A DNA stretch of 63,192 nucleotides, the filler included, from Folioceros fuciformis (lineage: Eukaryota), in the NCBI GenBank assembly GCA_049999805.1. It is 9 parts of 9 records of this genome, joined end to end, with 100 filler letters (N's around TTAATTAATTAA, not from the genome) between each part and the next. Parts side by side here need not be neighbours in the genome. Positions count along the whole stretch, not along the records: positions 1 to 15,525 come from JBNGIO010005161.1; positions 15,626 to 28,445 come from JBNGIO010005162.1; 7 more parts are not named here. One strand, given 5' to 3'. The notes under the pieces are model-generated. The model saw only the letters and a program-made list of their open reading frames with translations, searched no databases and had not been told where the DNA came from. Below, one piece after another: positions 11,511 through 24,596 of the stretch. The translations under genes and the position numbers were made by a program. How positions within the stretch are numbered: the first letter of the stretch is position 1; every line of letters begins with the position of its first letter.

Positions 11511-14500
11511 ATGGCTGACACCACTGGAGCTGGTGGTGTTATTTTTACTGAGAAAGATAGATTCGGGGGAACTGATTATGACATCTGGGTCATGCGTATG
11601 AAAGGAGCCTTACAAAGCAAGAGGTTGTGGCGAATAGTAACAGGAGACGAGACACGTCCTGTACTTGATGCCTCTGATGAGGCCACTCCCTCTGCTTCTG
11701 AAAAGAAATTACAGGAAGCTTGGTATGCGAAGGATGAAGCTGCACAACACTTGTTGAGGAGTGGACTAACCTCTGATATGCTGCGACAGACTTCTGGCTG
11801 TAATACATCTCTTGAGATTTGGACCAGATTGCACGAACTGTACGCAGGCGTCAATACCACAAGTCAAATGACAGCCCTTCGCAACATACAAAATTGTAGA
11901 ATGAGAGAAGGAGAGACAGTTGAAAAACATGTTGGGCACTTTAGATCCCTTATTTCTAAGCTGGAAAGTGCTTCACAGGAGGCTCTGACTGATGAGCTCC
12001 TTACCCTGTATTTTATGATGTCTCTGCCTGACTCATGGTCACACTTTGTGACATCTTACAATGCTTCTCAGCTACAGGCTTCAAAGATCGCTAAGGCTGC
12101 AGGTGTCACAATACCACACACAACATTTTCTGAGTTAGTGGGAGCTCTTCTCCAGGAAGAGGCTACAAGAGGACAGAACAGGCGTGCTGGTAAGCAGCAG
12201 GCTCTTTACACCACAAATAAAAACAAGGGTGCAAGACCCAACTTTAAAGGTAAACCAAATACCTCTCAAGGTGCTAGTTCCTCACGGCGAGGGACAGCAC
12301 AGAAGAAACCCAATAAATCTGGAAAATGCCACTGGTGCCAGATTCCAGGACATTGGGAAAACGAATGTCGAAAGAAACAGGCCGGAGTACCTCGCAAGGA
12401 GGGCAACTCCACTTCAGAGACAAACGTAGTGGTGAAAAAGCAAGGCTCAACTTCTGCCCTTACAGTAGGGATTAGGAAGTTTGCATATCCTCTTGTTAAC
12501 CCCACCTGCTTATCTGCAAACACACAAGGTAAACCAGTAAGTGAGTGGTACCTTGACACAGGTGCCACAACGCACATATGTTTTGACAAAAATGCTTTTG
12601 TCACTTACAAGCTCGTAGACAATCAGTTTGTCTACTTAGGTGATGACAGATCACTTGTGTCTCCAGGACGAGGCACTGTAGAGATTCCAGTCCCTTCAGG
12701 AATAACACTCATACTGAAAGATGTGTACTATGTTCCAGAAATGACTAGGAATCTCATCTTTGTTAGGAAACTTAACATGGATAATCATACTCACATCTTG
12801 TTTACTCCTACAGAGTGTAGGATCATTGATGCCTTTGACCATCGTAAGATCCTAGCTTATGGGTCATCTTCACATGACCTCTTTCGTCTGCAAACAGACA
12901 GCCATACGGCAAAAACACACTTAGCTGCTAAGTCTACAGAGTCTTCTAGTAAGTCAGAAGATAAAGCTAAGCTGTGGCATGCTCGCCTAGGTCACCCACA
13001 TAGTGCTAAGTTACAGAAACTTGCAACCAGTGACCTGTATGCTGATGGCAAAATTGGCACACTGCCAACCCTACCTCTATGTGAAGCCTGCGTCTTATCC
13101 AAACGTCACCAGGCAGTTTTCAAGAATAAGGCTCCCTACAGGGCTTCAAAGGTTCTTGAGCTGGTTCACACAGATATCTGTGGACCTCTCTCACAGCCTT
13201 CAATTGGTGGCGGCAAGTACTTCCTGACATTCACAGATGACAAGACAAGGTTTGTCATGGCTTATATTCTCAAAGCTAAAAGTGAATGCTTTTCTCTATT
13301 CAAATATTACATGAAGTACACAGAGCGCTGGACTGGCAAGCAGTTAAAAACCCTCAGATCAGACAATGGAGGTGAATTCACTTCTGGTGAATTTCAATCT
13401 TTTTGTACTGCCGAGGGAATAGGAAGGCAACTTACAGTTGTATATACACCACAGCAAAATGGTGTGGCAGAGCATTTGAATGTTGTTTTGCAGGAAATGA
13501 CTTCTTCTATGCTTCATCAAGCTTCTCTGCCTCTTTCCTATTGGGCTGAAGCCCTTATGACAGCAGTGTACCTGCATAACAGGCTGCCCACTAATGCACT
13601 TGCTGGACAAACTCCCTATGAAGCCTTCTTCGGTAGAAAACCAGCTATCTTACACCTTAGAACCTTTGGATGCATAGCTTATGCCTTCATACCTAAGAAG
13701 AAACGTGCTAAGTTAGCTGCTAAAGCCAAGAAATACCTTATGATAGGCTACACTGAAGGTATTAAAGCATACAAGTTATATGATGTACCTGAGAACACTG
13801 TAGTTTATGCTCGCAGTGTTACTTTTGATGAACAACAAGTTTGGCAGCCGGTGGGAGCTCCTCCCACCTCTTCAGACGATTTTGATCTAGCTGCTCTTCC
13901 TCAAATCACGGTTTTCCCTGATCACCCTCATGAGGAGTTTGCTCCTGCAGGGGGGGAAGACCACCAGCAAAGTGATAATGAGGACAACCAGCAACCAGTT
14001 GCAGATGCTGAATCTGATCTTCAGGACCAACCTCCTCATGTTGTTGCTGATCCTGATCCTGCTGTTCTTGTTGATAGTAACCTTGAGGATGTTCCCGCTC
14101 CTATTGACGAGCCACCTCCTCTCCCTGTACGCCGTTATTCTACACGGGACAGACGTGCACCAGACTTTTATGAATCACAAGACTTTAGGAAACCTTCTGC
14201 ACATGCAGTTGACCTTGATCCTATGGAGCCTCAATCTTATGAAGAAGCTTTGAGACGTCCTGATGCTGCTGAATGGAAGAAGGCCATTCAATCTGAATAC
14301 GATTCCCTCATCAAAAATGGAACATGGGAATTAGCAAGACTACCTCCTGGACGCAAGCCAGTATCTTGCAAATGGGTGTTCAAATTAAAGGTTAAGGCTG
14401 ATGGTACCTTTGATCGTTATAAAGCCAGGCTTGTTGCCAGAGGCTTTTCTCAAGTACCAGGCCTCGATTACCTTGAAACATATGCTCCTGTTGTTAAGCT

Positions 14501-15525
14501 GGCCACTTTTCGCACCATCTGTGCATTGGCAGCACAGAATGACTATGAGCTGGATATGTTTGATGTAAAGACAGCTTTCTTACATGGAAAGCTGGATATT
14601 GAGATTTATATGCAACAGCCACTAGGATACGAGGTTAAAGGGAAAGAAGACCATGTCTTACGCTTAATTAAAACCCTGTGTGGACTGAAACAATCAGCTC
14701 TTGAATGGAATGCTGTCCTGGACGAAGAGCTGCGAGCTTTGAGTTTTGTTAGATGTGTTTCAGATGGAAGCTTATATGTGTACAGGGCAAATGAAGTAGT
14801 GTGTTACCTGGCAGTATATGTTGATGACCTTATATTGGCTTGTAACAGTCCCACCTTCATCAAAGACATTAATAAAATGTTGTCAACCAAGTTTGAGATG
14901 ACACATCTAGGAGCCTTACAAAGCTGCCTTGGTATTCTTATTCAATGTGACAGAAAGAAGAGAACAATCTCACTTACGCAGCCACGTTACCTTCTCAATA
15001 GTGCTGAGCAACTTGGATTGAAGGATGCTAAACCTTCTGCAACCCCTTTACCTTGTGGACTGAAAATGAGTAAGTCCATGTGTCCTGATATACAATTAGA
15101 AAAGGGCAAAATGAGTTTAGTCCCTTACAGACAAGCAGTTGGGAAACTCATATATGCAGCAAACACAACTAGGCCGGAAGTAGCCTATGCTACTAGTGTC
15201 TTATCATAGTATCTGGAAAACCCAGGACAAACACACTGGACAGGTGTTAAAAGAGTTTTCAGATACTTAAAGGGAACTCACAGTATTGGTATAAATTACA
15301 GAAACATACCTGGAGTACCCTTACATCTTGATGTCTTCACAGATTCTGATTATGCCGGAGACATAGACACAAGGAAGTCAGTCTCAGGTTATGTAGTCAT
15401 GTTAGCTGGAGGACCAATCTGTTGGTCTAGTAAGAAACAGCCCACTGTGGCTTTATCAAGCACAGAGGCTGAATATCATGTACTTACAGCTGCTGCGAAA
15501 GAGATCGCTTGGTGCAAGTTGATGT
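11511..15525 (+). CDS. Copia gag-pol polyprotein (gag, CCHC, protease, GAG-pre-integrase, integrase, RT, RNase H start) with one premature TAG at 15207
   Basis: CHWCQIPGHWENEC; WYLDTGATTH; LWHARLGHP..CEAC; VHTDICGP..RSDNGGEF..PQQNGVAE; KARLVARGF, FDVKTAFLHG, YVDDL; CWSSKKQPTVALSSTEAEY. Confidence 0.95.
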
Positions 15526-15625
15526 NNNNNNNNNNNNNNNNNNNNNNNNNNNNNNNNNNNNNNNNNNNNTTAATTAATTAANNNNNNNNNNNNNNNNNNN
15601 NNNNNNNNNNNNNNNNNNNNNNNNN
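15526..15625. other. Assembly spacer (44 N + TTAATTAATTAA + 44 N)
   Basis: The identical 100-bp six-frame-stop linker also occurs at 28446-28545, 34738-34837, 39491-39590, 45647-45746, 51686-51785, 54260-54359 and 60568-60667. Confidence 0.98.
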
Positions 15626-16003
15626 CTCCTATACCCCTCAGGCCAATTGCAAACCTTGCACCTCCCTCCCTCCTACAGCTCCTCAAGCTGGGCCTGCGGA
15701 TCACCCCTCCCTCCATCCTATGGGTGATCCCTTCATCCTATAGACCGAGCCCAAGAGCATCGCAAGTCGTGATGGCCTCGACCTCGCTAGCCTCGAGCTC
15801 AGTCTGTTGCCCTCATTTTCCTTCATACAGTCTTGTGTAACGGCCCTCAGGCCATTGCAATCACCGAAGGTCTCAAGCAATCAAGCTCTAGCCCTCCCCT
15901 CCCTCCTCTAGCATTCACATTCGAGGCTAAGTCGAGGCATCAAGCTTGGAGCTTGTTTGCCAGCTAGTCGTGAAACAGATCCACCAAGTTCAATTGCCTA
16001 TTT

Positions 16004-19000
16004 TGTTGTTTTATAGGATCAAGTAGAGACTAGACACATCGTGTCCCCGTCTATCTAGGGCACGGTTCAAATCTCGACGTTAACCTAACTATTAAAGGGT
16101 TCGACTATAGGCATGAACCAGATAGAACGAGGTTACAAGCCTTCTAACACTCTCGCTTAGCCGACACTTTATGCTTCTCTTCGTGTTCACGCTCCTTTGG
16201 TCTGGTTGATTTTTGTTCCTCCTCCTGGCAGCTGCAATTGTTGAGCTCAAGCAATGCCTCCGCCAGTCCTCCCTTCGCCCTTCACCTTGTAATCATGTGC
16301 AGGAAGAGCAAGATGTCCTTGATCAGTTGAGAGCTCTCGACGCCCATGTGCGAGTGATCGGTGGTCTTCCTCCTGCTGGCCGAGATGGCTTGATGTCTCT
16401 GTCCAAGAACTCCCGCTGCCCCCAACTGAACATGTTGGTGGAGAACTACGAATTCGACGTCAGAGTTGATGGCGGCTGACCTTGCGCTATGCTCCATGGT
16501 TTGCTGCCAATCCGGAGTATGTTGTTCTGCAAAATAGATCACGAACAGGACTGCATGTACGACTCCAACCCACAGCAGATAAGTTTTGTCTACTTTGGAG
16601 AGTCTGTCATGCCTAGTCCTACACAATGTCTATTGTGCTTCTCTTTAGGTAGTGGTTTCGTGAAAATGTCAGCAGTGTTTTCTTCTGTTGGAACATACTC
16701 TAGCCTAACATGTCTGTCCTCAATAGCTTGTCTGATGAAGTGGTACTTCACTCCAATATGCCTTGTCCTAGAATGCATGACCGGGTTGTTGGAGATTGCC
16801 CTAACCCTTGTTGGTCCTTCCTGCTTCCAGCCAATTGATTATAGCAGGGCTCGGAGGTGGAGCACTTCTTGTGTTGCAGCAGAGACAGCCACGTACTCCG
16901 CCTCAGTTGAGGAGAGTGCAACAACAAGTTGTCTCTTGCAGGTCCATGCTACGACGCTACTGCTGATCTTCACACAGTATGCCGTAATGGACTTCCTTGT
17001 ATCCTTGTTAGCAGCCCAATTTGCATCAGTGTAACAAGTGAGTGCTGCATGGATCTTGCCTGTTTGGTGTTTATACAGAAGTCCGAGGCCTGGCTTGAGC
17101 TTCAGGTAACGCAGAACCCGCTTTGCTGCAGTCCAATGTTGTTGGCCGGGATTAGCCAGGAACCTGGACACATAGTGTGATGCCAGGGAAATCTCAGGCC
17201 GCGTCCACCCTGCTAGCCAGACGAGGCATCCGGCCAGTTCTCCGAAAGGTACCCCTTCCATCTCAGCTCATTCTTCTTTTGTTGAAGGTGATTGTTCAGT
17301 TGACATGATCGCTGCTACGGGTACTGGTGTCGCCACAGTCTTGCACTCCGTCATATTGAACTTGTCCAGCAGTCTTTTGACATAGTGCTCTTGATGAATG
17401 AAGATGTTGTGGTTGACAGGATTGACCTTGGCTTGTACCGCTAGGAAAAAATTGATGCTCCCCTGATCTGTCATCTTAAATTCAGAGGATAGTATGTCTT
17501 TCACCTTTTGCATGATTCTTGGAGAAGTCGCAAAGATGAGAGTGTCATCAACGTACAGCGCAAGGTAAGTTATGTCCTTCCCTTCTCTCAGCAGATAGAC
17601 ATTACTATCAAATGGAGATTGTACGAATCCTGACTTTATTAGGTAGGCATGTATGCACTTGTACCATGCTCGAGGTGATTGTTTCAACCTATACAGGGTT
17701 TTCTTCAGCCTACACACATGCGTTGGATGCTACTTGCTAACATATCCTTCTGGTTGTTGCATGTACACTTCTTCATCAAGTACGCCATTCAGAAAGGCTG
17801 TTTCAACATCCATTTGATGGACTTCCATGTTCATTTCTGCAGCCACAGCTAGGAGAGTGCGGACCGAGGTAGCACGAACTACAGGTGAAAATGTTTCTTC
17901 GTAGTCCAACCCTTCCTTTTGGGAAAAACCGCGCACAACTAACCTCGCCTTATACCTTCCGATGCTCCCATCCGGTTTTAGCTTGTGCTTGAAAACCCAC
18001 TTGCAGGTGATGGGTTTACGGTTGGCTGGCAAGGGTTCTAGTACCCATGTGGAGTTGTCCATCAGCGACTTGTATTCTTGATCAATGCCGATTTTCCAAT
18101 GAGCCTTATCAGGTCCAGTCAATGCTTCCTGGTATGTCCTTGGCTCCCCCAAGTCTTGTGCTGACACTAGAGCTTGGGCTAGCAGGGCCTTCCGCGTGTG
18201 CGTCTTAGCTCCCGCTCTCGTTTGATAACTCCCCCTCGAGGTGCCACCAGTTGATCTTGTACGGTATACTGCATCATATGGGGGGGACAGTGGAGGCACC
18301 CACCACTCCTCTCGAGATGCAGTATGATGACGAAGAGATCGCCGCAGGGTTGGTACCCGTGCTTCTTCCACAGGCACGGCTGCAGGCTCCTCCTCTCCGT
18401 CGCCAGCACTGTCATCAGGAAACACACTATGCAGGGGGTAAGAGTCCATGAGTGTAGTGGGTGCAACAAAAGCATCAGGTGCCATCAAAGAGTCAAGGTC
18501 AGATGCATTTTGTGCAATAGTGTCATTGTCACTATCACTGTCATTGTCACTAGAACTATGACTACTGCCAGGTGGAGCTGGCACAAATGTTTGCATGTTA
18601 GACGATGCGTTTCCTAAGTGACTTTGAGCTTCGGAGGGGTCTTTGACTTCGCCTTGTGGCCTTGAGCTGTCCAAGACGTGGAGCTCGTCAAAGATGACGT
18701 TGCGGGAGTGGCTGATCTTCCTTGTAGTCGGGTTGAAGAGTTTGTAGCCCTTCACCCCCTCAGTGTACCTGATGAAGATTAATTTCTCAGCTTTGAAGTC
18801 CAACTTCTTCCTAGTCTGGGCAGGTACATGAATATATGCTGGTGAGCCAAATACTCTTAAATGGCTTATTCTAGGCTTCATACCCGTCCACCTTGCATAA
18901 GGAGTATTTCCTTCAAAAGCTCTGGTAGGAAGTCGGTTCTGGATGTAAGTTGCTGCCGAGACGGCTTCCGCCCAGTATCCTTTTGAGAGTTTGGCTTGAT

Positions 19001-21793
19001 GCAGCATGCTTTTGGCCCCCTCTTGAACGTAGCGGTTCTTCCTCTCTGCTAGAGGATTCTGATCGGAGGAGAGGGCCACAGTCAATTGCGTGAAGATGCC
19101 TTCTTTTTCACAATAAGCTCTAAACTTGCCCATGGCAAGTTCTCTTGCATTGTCACTCCTCAGGGTCTTCAACTTATGCCCTGTAAATCTCTGTGCATAT
19201 TGCAGGTACTAGATAAACCTGTCAAGTGCCTGACTCTTATGGGCAAGGAAATAAGTTAGTGTAAACCTACTCCAATCATCTACTATGACTATAAAGTACT
19301 TAGCACCGCCGAAAGAAGTGGTGGACATAGGACCACACAAGTCTGTGTGTACTACCTCAAGAAGGTGAGTGGCCCGTGATGCATCAGTGTTTTTGTGAGG
19401 CAACTTGTGATGTTTGCCAAAAGTACATGATTCACAAAACACATTGTCAGGAACTATAAGATTTATCTTATCCCTATACATGTCAGAGTTGACTACTTGC
19501 TTGAGCCTAGGAAAGTTAGTGTGGCCTAGGCGACAATGCCACAGGAAGGATTCTTCACTTGAGGTGATTCTTTTTGCAACTGCGACGATTTCTGTGTGAA
19601 CTTCTTCAGGCTGCACCTTGTTGGTGAAGAAGTTGAGCTTGTACAAGTCATGTAGCGGTACTCCTCTGGCTATCTCAGACTTGATGTTGTCGGTTGAGGT
19701 GATCACACACTCTTCACCTTTGAAGTTGACTTGAACTCTATGCTGCTTGCACAGGTGCCGCACCGACACCAAGTTCTTCGCCATCTGCGGCATAAGCAAG
19801 ACTTCTTCGAGCAGCAAGTCTGCTCCATTGGCCAGCTTAACACTCACAGTACCCATACCTTCAATGAGCAGGCCACTATCGTCTCCTAATAGCACGTATT
19901 GTTTTGGTGGTCCTTGGTTGAACTCACTAAACAGTGATCTGGTGTTGCAAATGTGGGCCGAAGCCCCAGAGTCAAGAAACCAAGAGTGCCTATCTATGGC
20001 CGAGTGTACCATGTAGACTGCCAATATGACATTGGATCCTCTCAGCTTTGTGGCAGTGTTTGCTTCTGGTGGTGCAGGTCGATGTGGCTCAGCTGCCTTC
20101 TTCTTCCGGCATTCATGCTCGTGATGGCCAGGGAACCTACACTAGTTGCAGTTGCCCTTCTTGCGTGGAGAAGTTGAGGGTGCACTCGACCACTCTCTGC
20201 TTGGAGCTTGCTTCCTTAGGGGCCATGAAGGGCAGCCAGCTTGAGGTCGTCCTCTTCCCCTCCCCCTTGATGTGTACAGTACTCTATTGCTTGAATTCGA
20301 GGATGCTCCTTTATTTGAGCGATGTGAGGATTCCTCTTCAAGCAAGGCTCCTATGATCTCTGACAAAGTGATTGTCACCGTACCTGTAGGCACTGCTGCT
20401 GTGGCTCGCAAGGTTGCATTCTGTGTACTCATGAAAGTCCTGAAGCATTCTGGCAGGGACATTAGGAGCGCGACTGCCGCTTGGAGCTCGGAAACCTTCG
20501 TGCCGGCCAACACCAAATGCTGGTGGAGGGAAGTCCAACCTTCAACTGTGGTCTCCGCATCATCGATGTGGTGCATCATCGAGCTATCTAGCGCTGACTG
20601 AAGCAGGGCTAGTGCACGCAGGTCGGTCTTCTTCCAATTCGAGATGACGTCCATGGCTGCCGTTGCGGCAGGCTTGGCAGTTGCACCAGAGGCCACATCC
20701 CACAGGTCCTCAAGCTGGAGAAGTATCTTCACCCTGTGCATCCAGACATCATAGCCGGTACCATCGAACCGATCTCTATCCTTGAAGTCTAACCTGATGC
20801 TGGTCACTATTGTTGGCGCCGGATTTGCCGTGACTGTGAATGGAAATGGCTCCCTCTTCAGCGATCCCGATCGGACCCTCCTCTTTGCACGGGGATCCTT
20901 TATAGGTTCACTCCCTGTTGGTTCTTGAGACTTCCCTCGACGCCCTCTACGAAGCATTCGCCGGTTGCCTCCACATAATGCTCCAGCAAGATCTCTTTGG
21001 TTGCATCAACTGCCTTCGTCTCCACTGTTGTATTGACTACTTTGCTTTCTACAGGTTTTGACAGAAGAAGGAGTTTGATGGACTTCTGATCTTTGTGTAG
21101 GTTGGAGACTTGATGAGACAGGTTTGCTATCGCTTGGTGTGCTATAGAGACAGCTATCTGCAGACCTGTGGCCAAAGCTACTAGTTCTGGTAGTTGAGTT
21201 CTACAATAGAAAGACAGGGAGCGGATGAGGGACTAAGTGTTGGAATCTTCGTGTACAGGGTAATTTGAGAGATTTGTGATTCTTCATCCACAGTTGTTGC
21301 AACGGTGTAGAGGTGGTGATGGACTAACAACTTTGTGTGTTGATGCATGACAACATCCTCTACTGCGCGAGGATTCAAGAGTGTGCAAATGAAAGGGGCG
21401 CTGTGAGTGATGGACAACGTGATGCACCGACTGTCGGCTCCTTCTTTGAGGCATTGATGCGCTGTGTGACAGTTTTGATTCGCTTCTTGAATTAGGTCCT
21501 TGTACTGCGCCTCCATGCCAATCGGAGATCGGGATGCATCCCAATCGGCGCGCGCAATCAACAAGGCTCTGATACCATGTTGTTTTAGAGGATGAGTAGA
21601 GACTAGACGTGTGCAAGAGAGTGCGACAAGGAATAGAATAATGTTATGCACGTTGCGCGAGGCGACTTGTGTGCCGTGTGAAGTTACAGCAGTTATTAGC
21701 CCGTTGGTAATCGTGTCCCCGTCTATCTAGGGCGAAGTTCAAATCTCGACGTTAACCTAACTATTAAAGAGTTCGGCTACAAGCTTTCTAACA
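16004..21793 (-). mobile_element. Ty1/Copia LTR retrotransposon B, both LTRs present, decayed
   Basis: The 5' LTR (21793-21578) and 3' LTR (16149-16004) share TGTTAGAA..., ATCGTGTCCCCGTCTATCTAGGGC..TTCAAATCTCGACGTTAACCTAACTATTAAAG and ...AAAACAACA, with indels. PBS TGGTATCAGAGCC at 21577-21565. Purine-rich AAGCGAGAG precedes the 3' LTR. ORF pieces 20957-16590 cover gag, PR (WFLDSGASAH), IN, RT (YVDD) and RH (RTRHIGVKYHFIR). No target-site duplication was found. Confidence 0.92.
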
Positions 21794-22115
21794 AGAAGAA
21801 GCCTATGTGCCCATGTAGCACGTACGATGCCAGGATCCGTAGATGCGTACGATGCCCTAGACCTGACTCCTACTGCAAGTTATGCTGCCCAAGTTTTTAC
21901 TGCACGCACATCAACAAAGCCTCTGGCAACGCAGATGTTGAAACACAACGAGAGGAGGCATCAACAAGGACTGGTCTTGACAACCCGGACTCCAAAAGTA
22001 CAGGACAGAAAAACAGTCTGTCGGGGAGTTCAAGGCTCCATGACCAGCTCTACAAAGGCAAGGGCATAGACCTGGAGGCACACAGAAACGTCGGTTGTTT
22101 CCGCTACTGAGCAGA

Positions 22116-23757
22116 ATGCAGGGCCCGCGAGTGCCTCCGGCCATGCGTAGGAAGGCGAGTGTGAGATTCCAACCTTCCGCTCAACAGGCGTATTCCTCCA
22201 CAAGCACCAACTCACAGCGCTTTGCAGGATACCACTATCCTCGGCTTGAAAGGGACGGGTATGAAGCAGGTGCTGAAGTCTATGCAAGTGGTGAGCTCAG
22301 CGTCGATGTTTCTCTTAGGACCGTGATCAAGTTGGCAACAGCCTTCTTCTTCATTTACTCCGCCATGAACTCGCTCTCCGAATACGTGACCTCTCTGCTG
22401 CCTGACGCACTGGGAGATCAGTCACTGTTTGTGGTACAGACAGTACTCTGCGTCTCGTCTCTAGCGGCGCCCACCATTGTGACCGCCGTTGGCGAGCTGC
22501 GCGCTATGGTGTTGGGGGGCCTCACCCACGTGGTGTACCTCCTAGTTCTCATGTTCCCGTCCAGGATCTTGGTGCTGTTCTCAAGCGCTTTCTGTGTGGC
22601 TTCGGCGCAAGCTTGGTATGGGTCGCGCAAGGCGCCTTCCTAACCAAATGCTCACCCCACAACAAGCGAGGCTTGTTCGCCGGTGTCTTTTGGGGAATCT
22701 ACTACCTCGCTGACATTGTTGGCAACCTAGCTGCCTACTTAGTTTTCAGGTGACCTTTAGACTGGAGGTCCCCCTCTGGATTAGGGTGTCACCCCGCCAC
22801 TTCCATAGACTGCATCCTTGAACTGATCTAATTTTGCAGGTTTTCTTCCCAGAGCGCCCTGTTTGGATTGGGAGCTGGTTCTGCATTTTTTGGTGTGCTG
22901 CTGTTGTTTCTCATGGAAGGCCAACACCTTGCGGAAGGTGGAAGGATACGCATCACTGGAGTGGCACCTCCGTGCAATGTATCCACTACATCACCGAATA
23001 CCTCACCGATTGCTAGTGGACACGGCTTATCTTCTCCGGTAAAAAATTCGCACCGCCAAGTCAAGTGCGAAGACGCATCACATGCTAGCCTGGTCACATT
23101 CCATCCCACACGTCGATCGCTGTTTATGTTGTATGCTTCAAGAAATTTCTGGAATTGTAATATCTGCTCACTCACTAGCAGATCCACATGACATATGAAA
23201 ATTGGCTCATGGCAGCAAGCTTTGTTCTTCTTACACCAATGACAGTGTACATAGGATTTGAAACCGCATTTTGGACAGGAGAGTTTACCAAGCTTTTTCC
23301 ATCCACTAGCATGGTTTACATTTTTTACATTTTTTTATAGGAGCTATTATTAATTTTAGTGCATTGTTGATATGTATACCTCTAATGAATGCAGTTGAGT
23401 TTGGAGTTCTTCTCCCTGGTCCCTATCTTCTAGATGCTCAGCCATCGCATATCTAGGAGGTTTTTTTTTTGGAGTAGGTGATGGAGTCATCACTAGTCAC
23501 ATGTTTGCTATTATTGGAAGACTTTTTCCAGGTGGTAATAAACCAGAAATTGGGGGATGTTCAATCTATTGGGAAATGGAGGATCTGCAATTACTTATTG
23601 GTTAGGTATGTTGTATCCTCTGTCTCAACTAGGTGGCTTTACTAAACAGCTAACATCACAGATAGTAGTATTAGCTATTAGGATGCCTTTGTACATGATT
23701 ATAGATATTGCATCATCTTTTATTATTTTTATCTCCAAATGCAATAAGAGGAGCTAG
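22116..23757 (+). pseudogene. UNC-93-like MFS membrane protein, frameshifted and degenerate
   Basis: AFFFIYSAMNSL..LGDQSLFVV..SSLAAPTIV..VGELRAMVLGG is followed by a frameshift at TGTGTG (~22595), then GFGASLVWVAQGAFLTKCS..RGLFAGVFWGIY..IVGNL. Intron 22750-22839. Later remnants are LLTPMTVYIGFETAFWTGEFTK and FFGVGDGVITSHMFAIIGRLFP, all UNC-93-type motifs. Confidence 0.75.
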
Positions 23758-24338
23758 ATTTAGATCTTCTAGTGTTATTCTCAAATGAAAGAACTTAATA
23801 TATATACCAATTATAATAAAAATAAATTACTACATCATGGTCTGAGTAATAATATGAAATTCTTTATAAGTATATATATATACTAAACGTATGTAAACAA
23901 ATATATATGACACACATAATTATTTATAACATATCCTATTTTATGCCCAACATAGTGTTCGCGGGGACACACCTATTGGATGTTGATCCAACATATGTGC
24001 CGTCCATGGTCACGAGCTGCCATACTTTCAAAGACATCCATAAGCACAGCGGTAAGTTTTTGACATTTCCATCCCCTACACCAAGGCAAAGTGAGATGCG
24101 CAAACTACATTGCGGCAGCAAAGAAACAATAAGTTGAAGGTACAACGAACGCGAAGGTCCCGACCGAACAGGCATGGGGGTTCCTAGCCGTGCTACGGCA
24201 TTTTCGTCTTATTTGAACACCAACTTGTCCATGAAGGACGCACCGGATAGAGATGAATGCAGCACTGCCACTCTCAAATTGCAAGCAACGACTTGATTCA
24301 CAGCTGCAGCCGACAGATCCAGTTGCAACCAACGCACC

Positions 24339-24596
24339 ATGGCTTTCCACAGATCCCGGGCGGTGTCGACAGCGGTGCTGCCGGTCACATTGGTTGCAGC
24401 CGGAGCCTTGTACAACGCCGGCAACTTGTTCCAGCTTTACGGCAGCTGGGGTTCCCGAACGCCTCCAGGACGTCGCCGTCGCCGACCTGGACGCCAGGTC
24501 ACCTGACCCATCTCCAACGACATCTTGGAGTAGGTGTTGGGGGTCCACGCCGACACGTTGGTGGCCCTGCTCATCGCCTACTCCGAGAGACAGTGA
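24339..24596 (+). pseudogene. Possible germin-like protein remnant with the cupin core deleted
   Basis: Hydrophobic N-terminus MAFHRSRAVSTAVLPVTLVAAG, then in other frames GVPERLQDVAVADLD (cf. germin DPxPLQDFCVADL) directly followed by PISNDILE*VLGVHADTLVALL (cf. C-terminal PIxDDxLAKAFxVD). Confidence 0.3.

Larger units (their letters stand above)
10048..15525 (+). mobile_element. Ty1/Copia LTR retrotransposon A (5' LTR, PBS, extra ORF, gag-pol), cut by the assembly spacer in RNase H
   Basis: The LTR ends ...TTGTCA at 10286 (start ~10048 is uncertain). An iMet-type PBS TGGTATAAGAGCC lies at 10287-10299. The polyprotein has Copia domain order. Confidence 0.92.

Noticed and set aside
15207..15209. 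Single in-frame TAG stops in pol as readthrough or U-to-C editing sites
   Set aside because: Positions differ between copies and fit deamination decay; plant U-to-C editing is organellar.
21565..21577. GCTCTGATACCA matches to the tRNA-iMet 3' end (also 31400, 32060, 49607 and the array)
   Set aside because: Only 12-13 nt, adjacent to LTR ends and with no cloverleaf, so these are PBSs rather than tRNA genes.
15999..21798. Target-site duplication for Copia B
   Set aside because: The flanks TATTT and AGAAG do not match and the LTRs differ by large indels, so a young intact insertion cannot be claimed.
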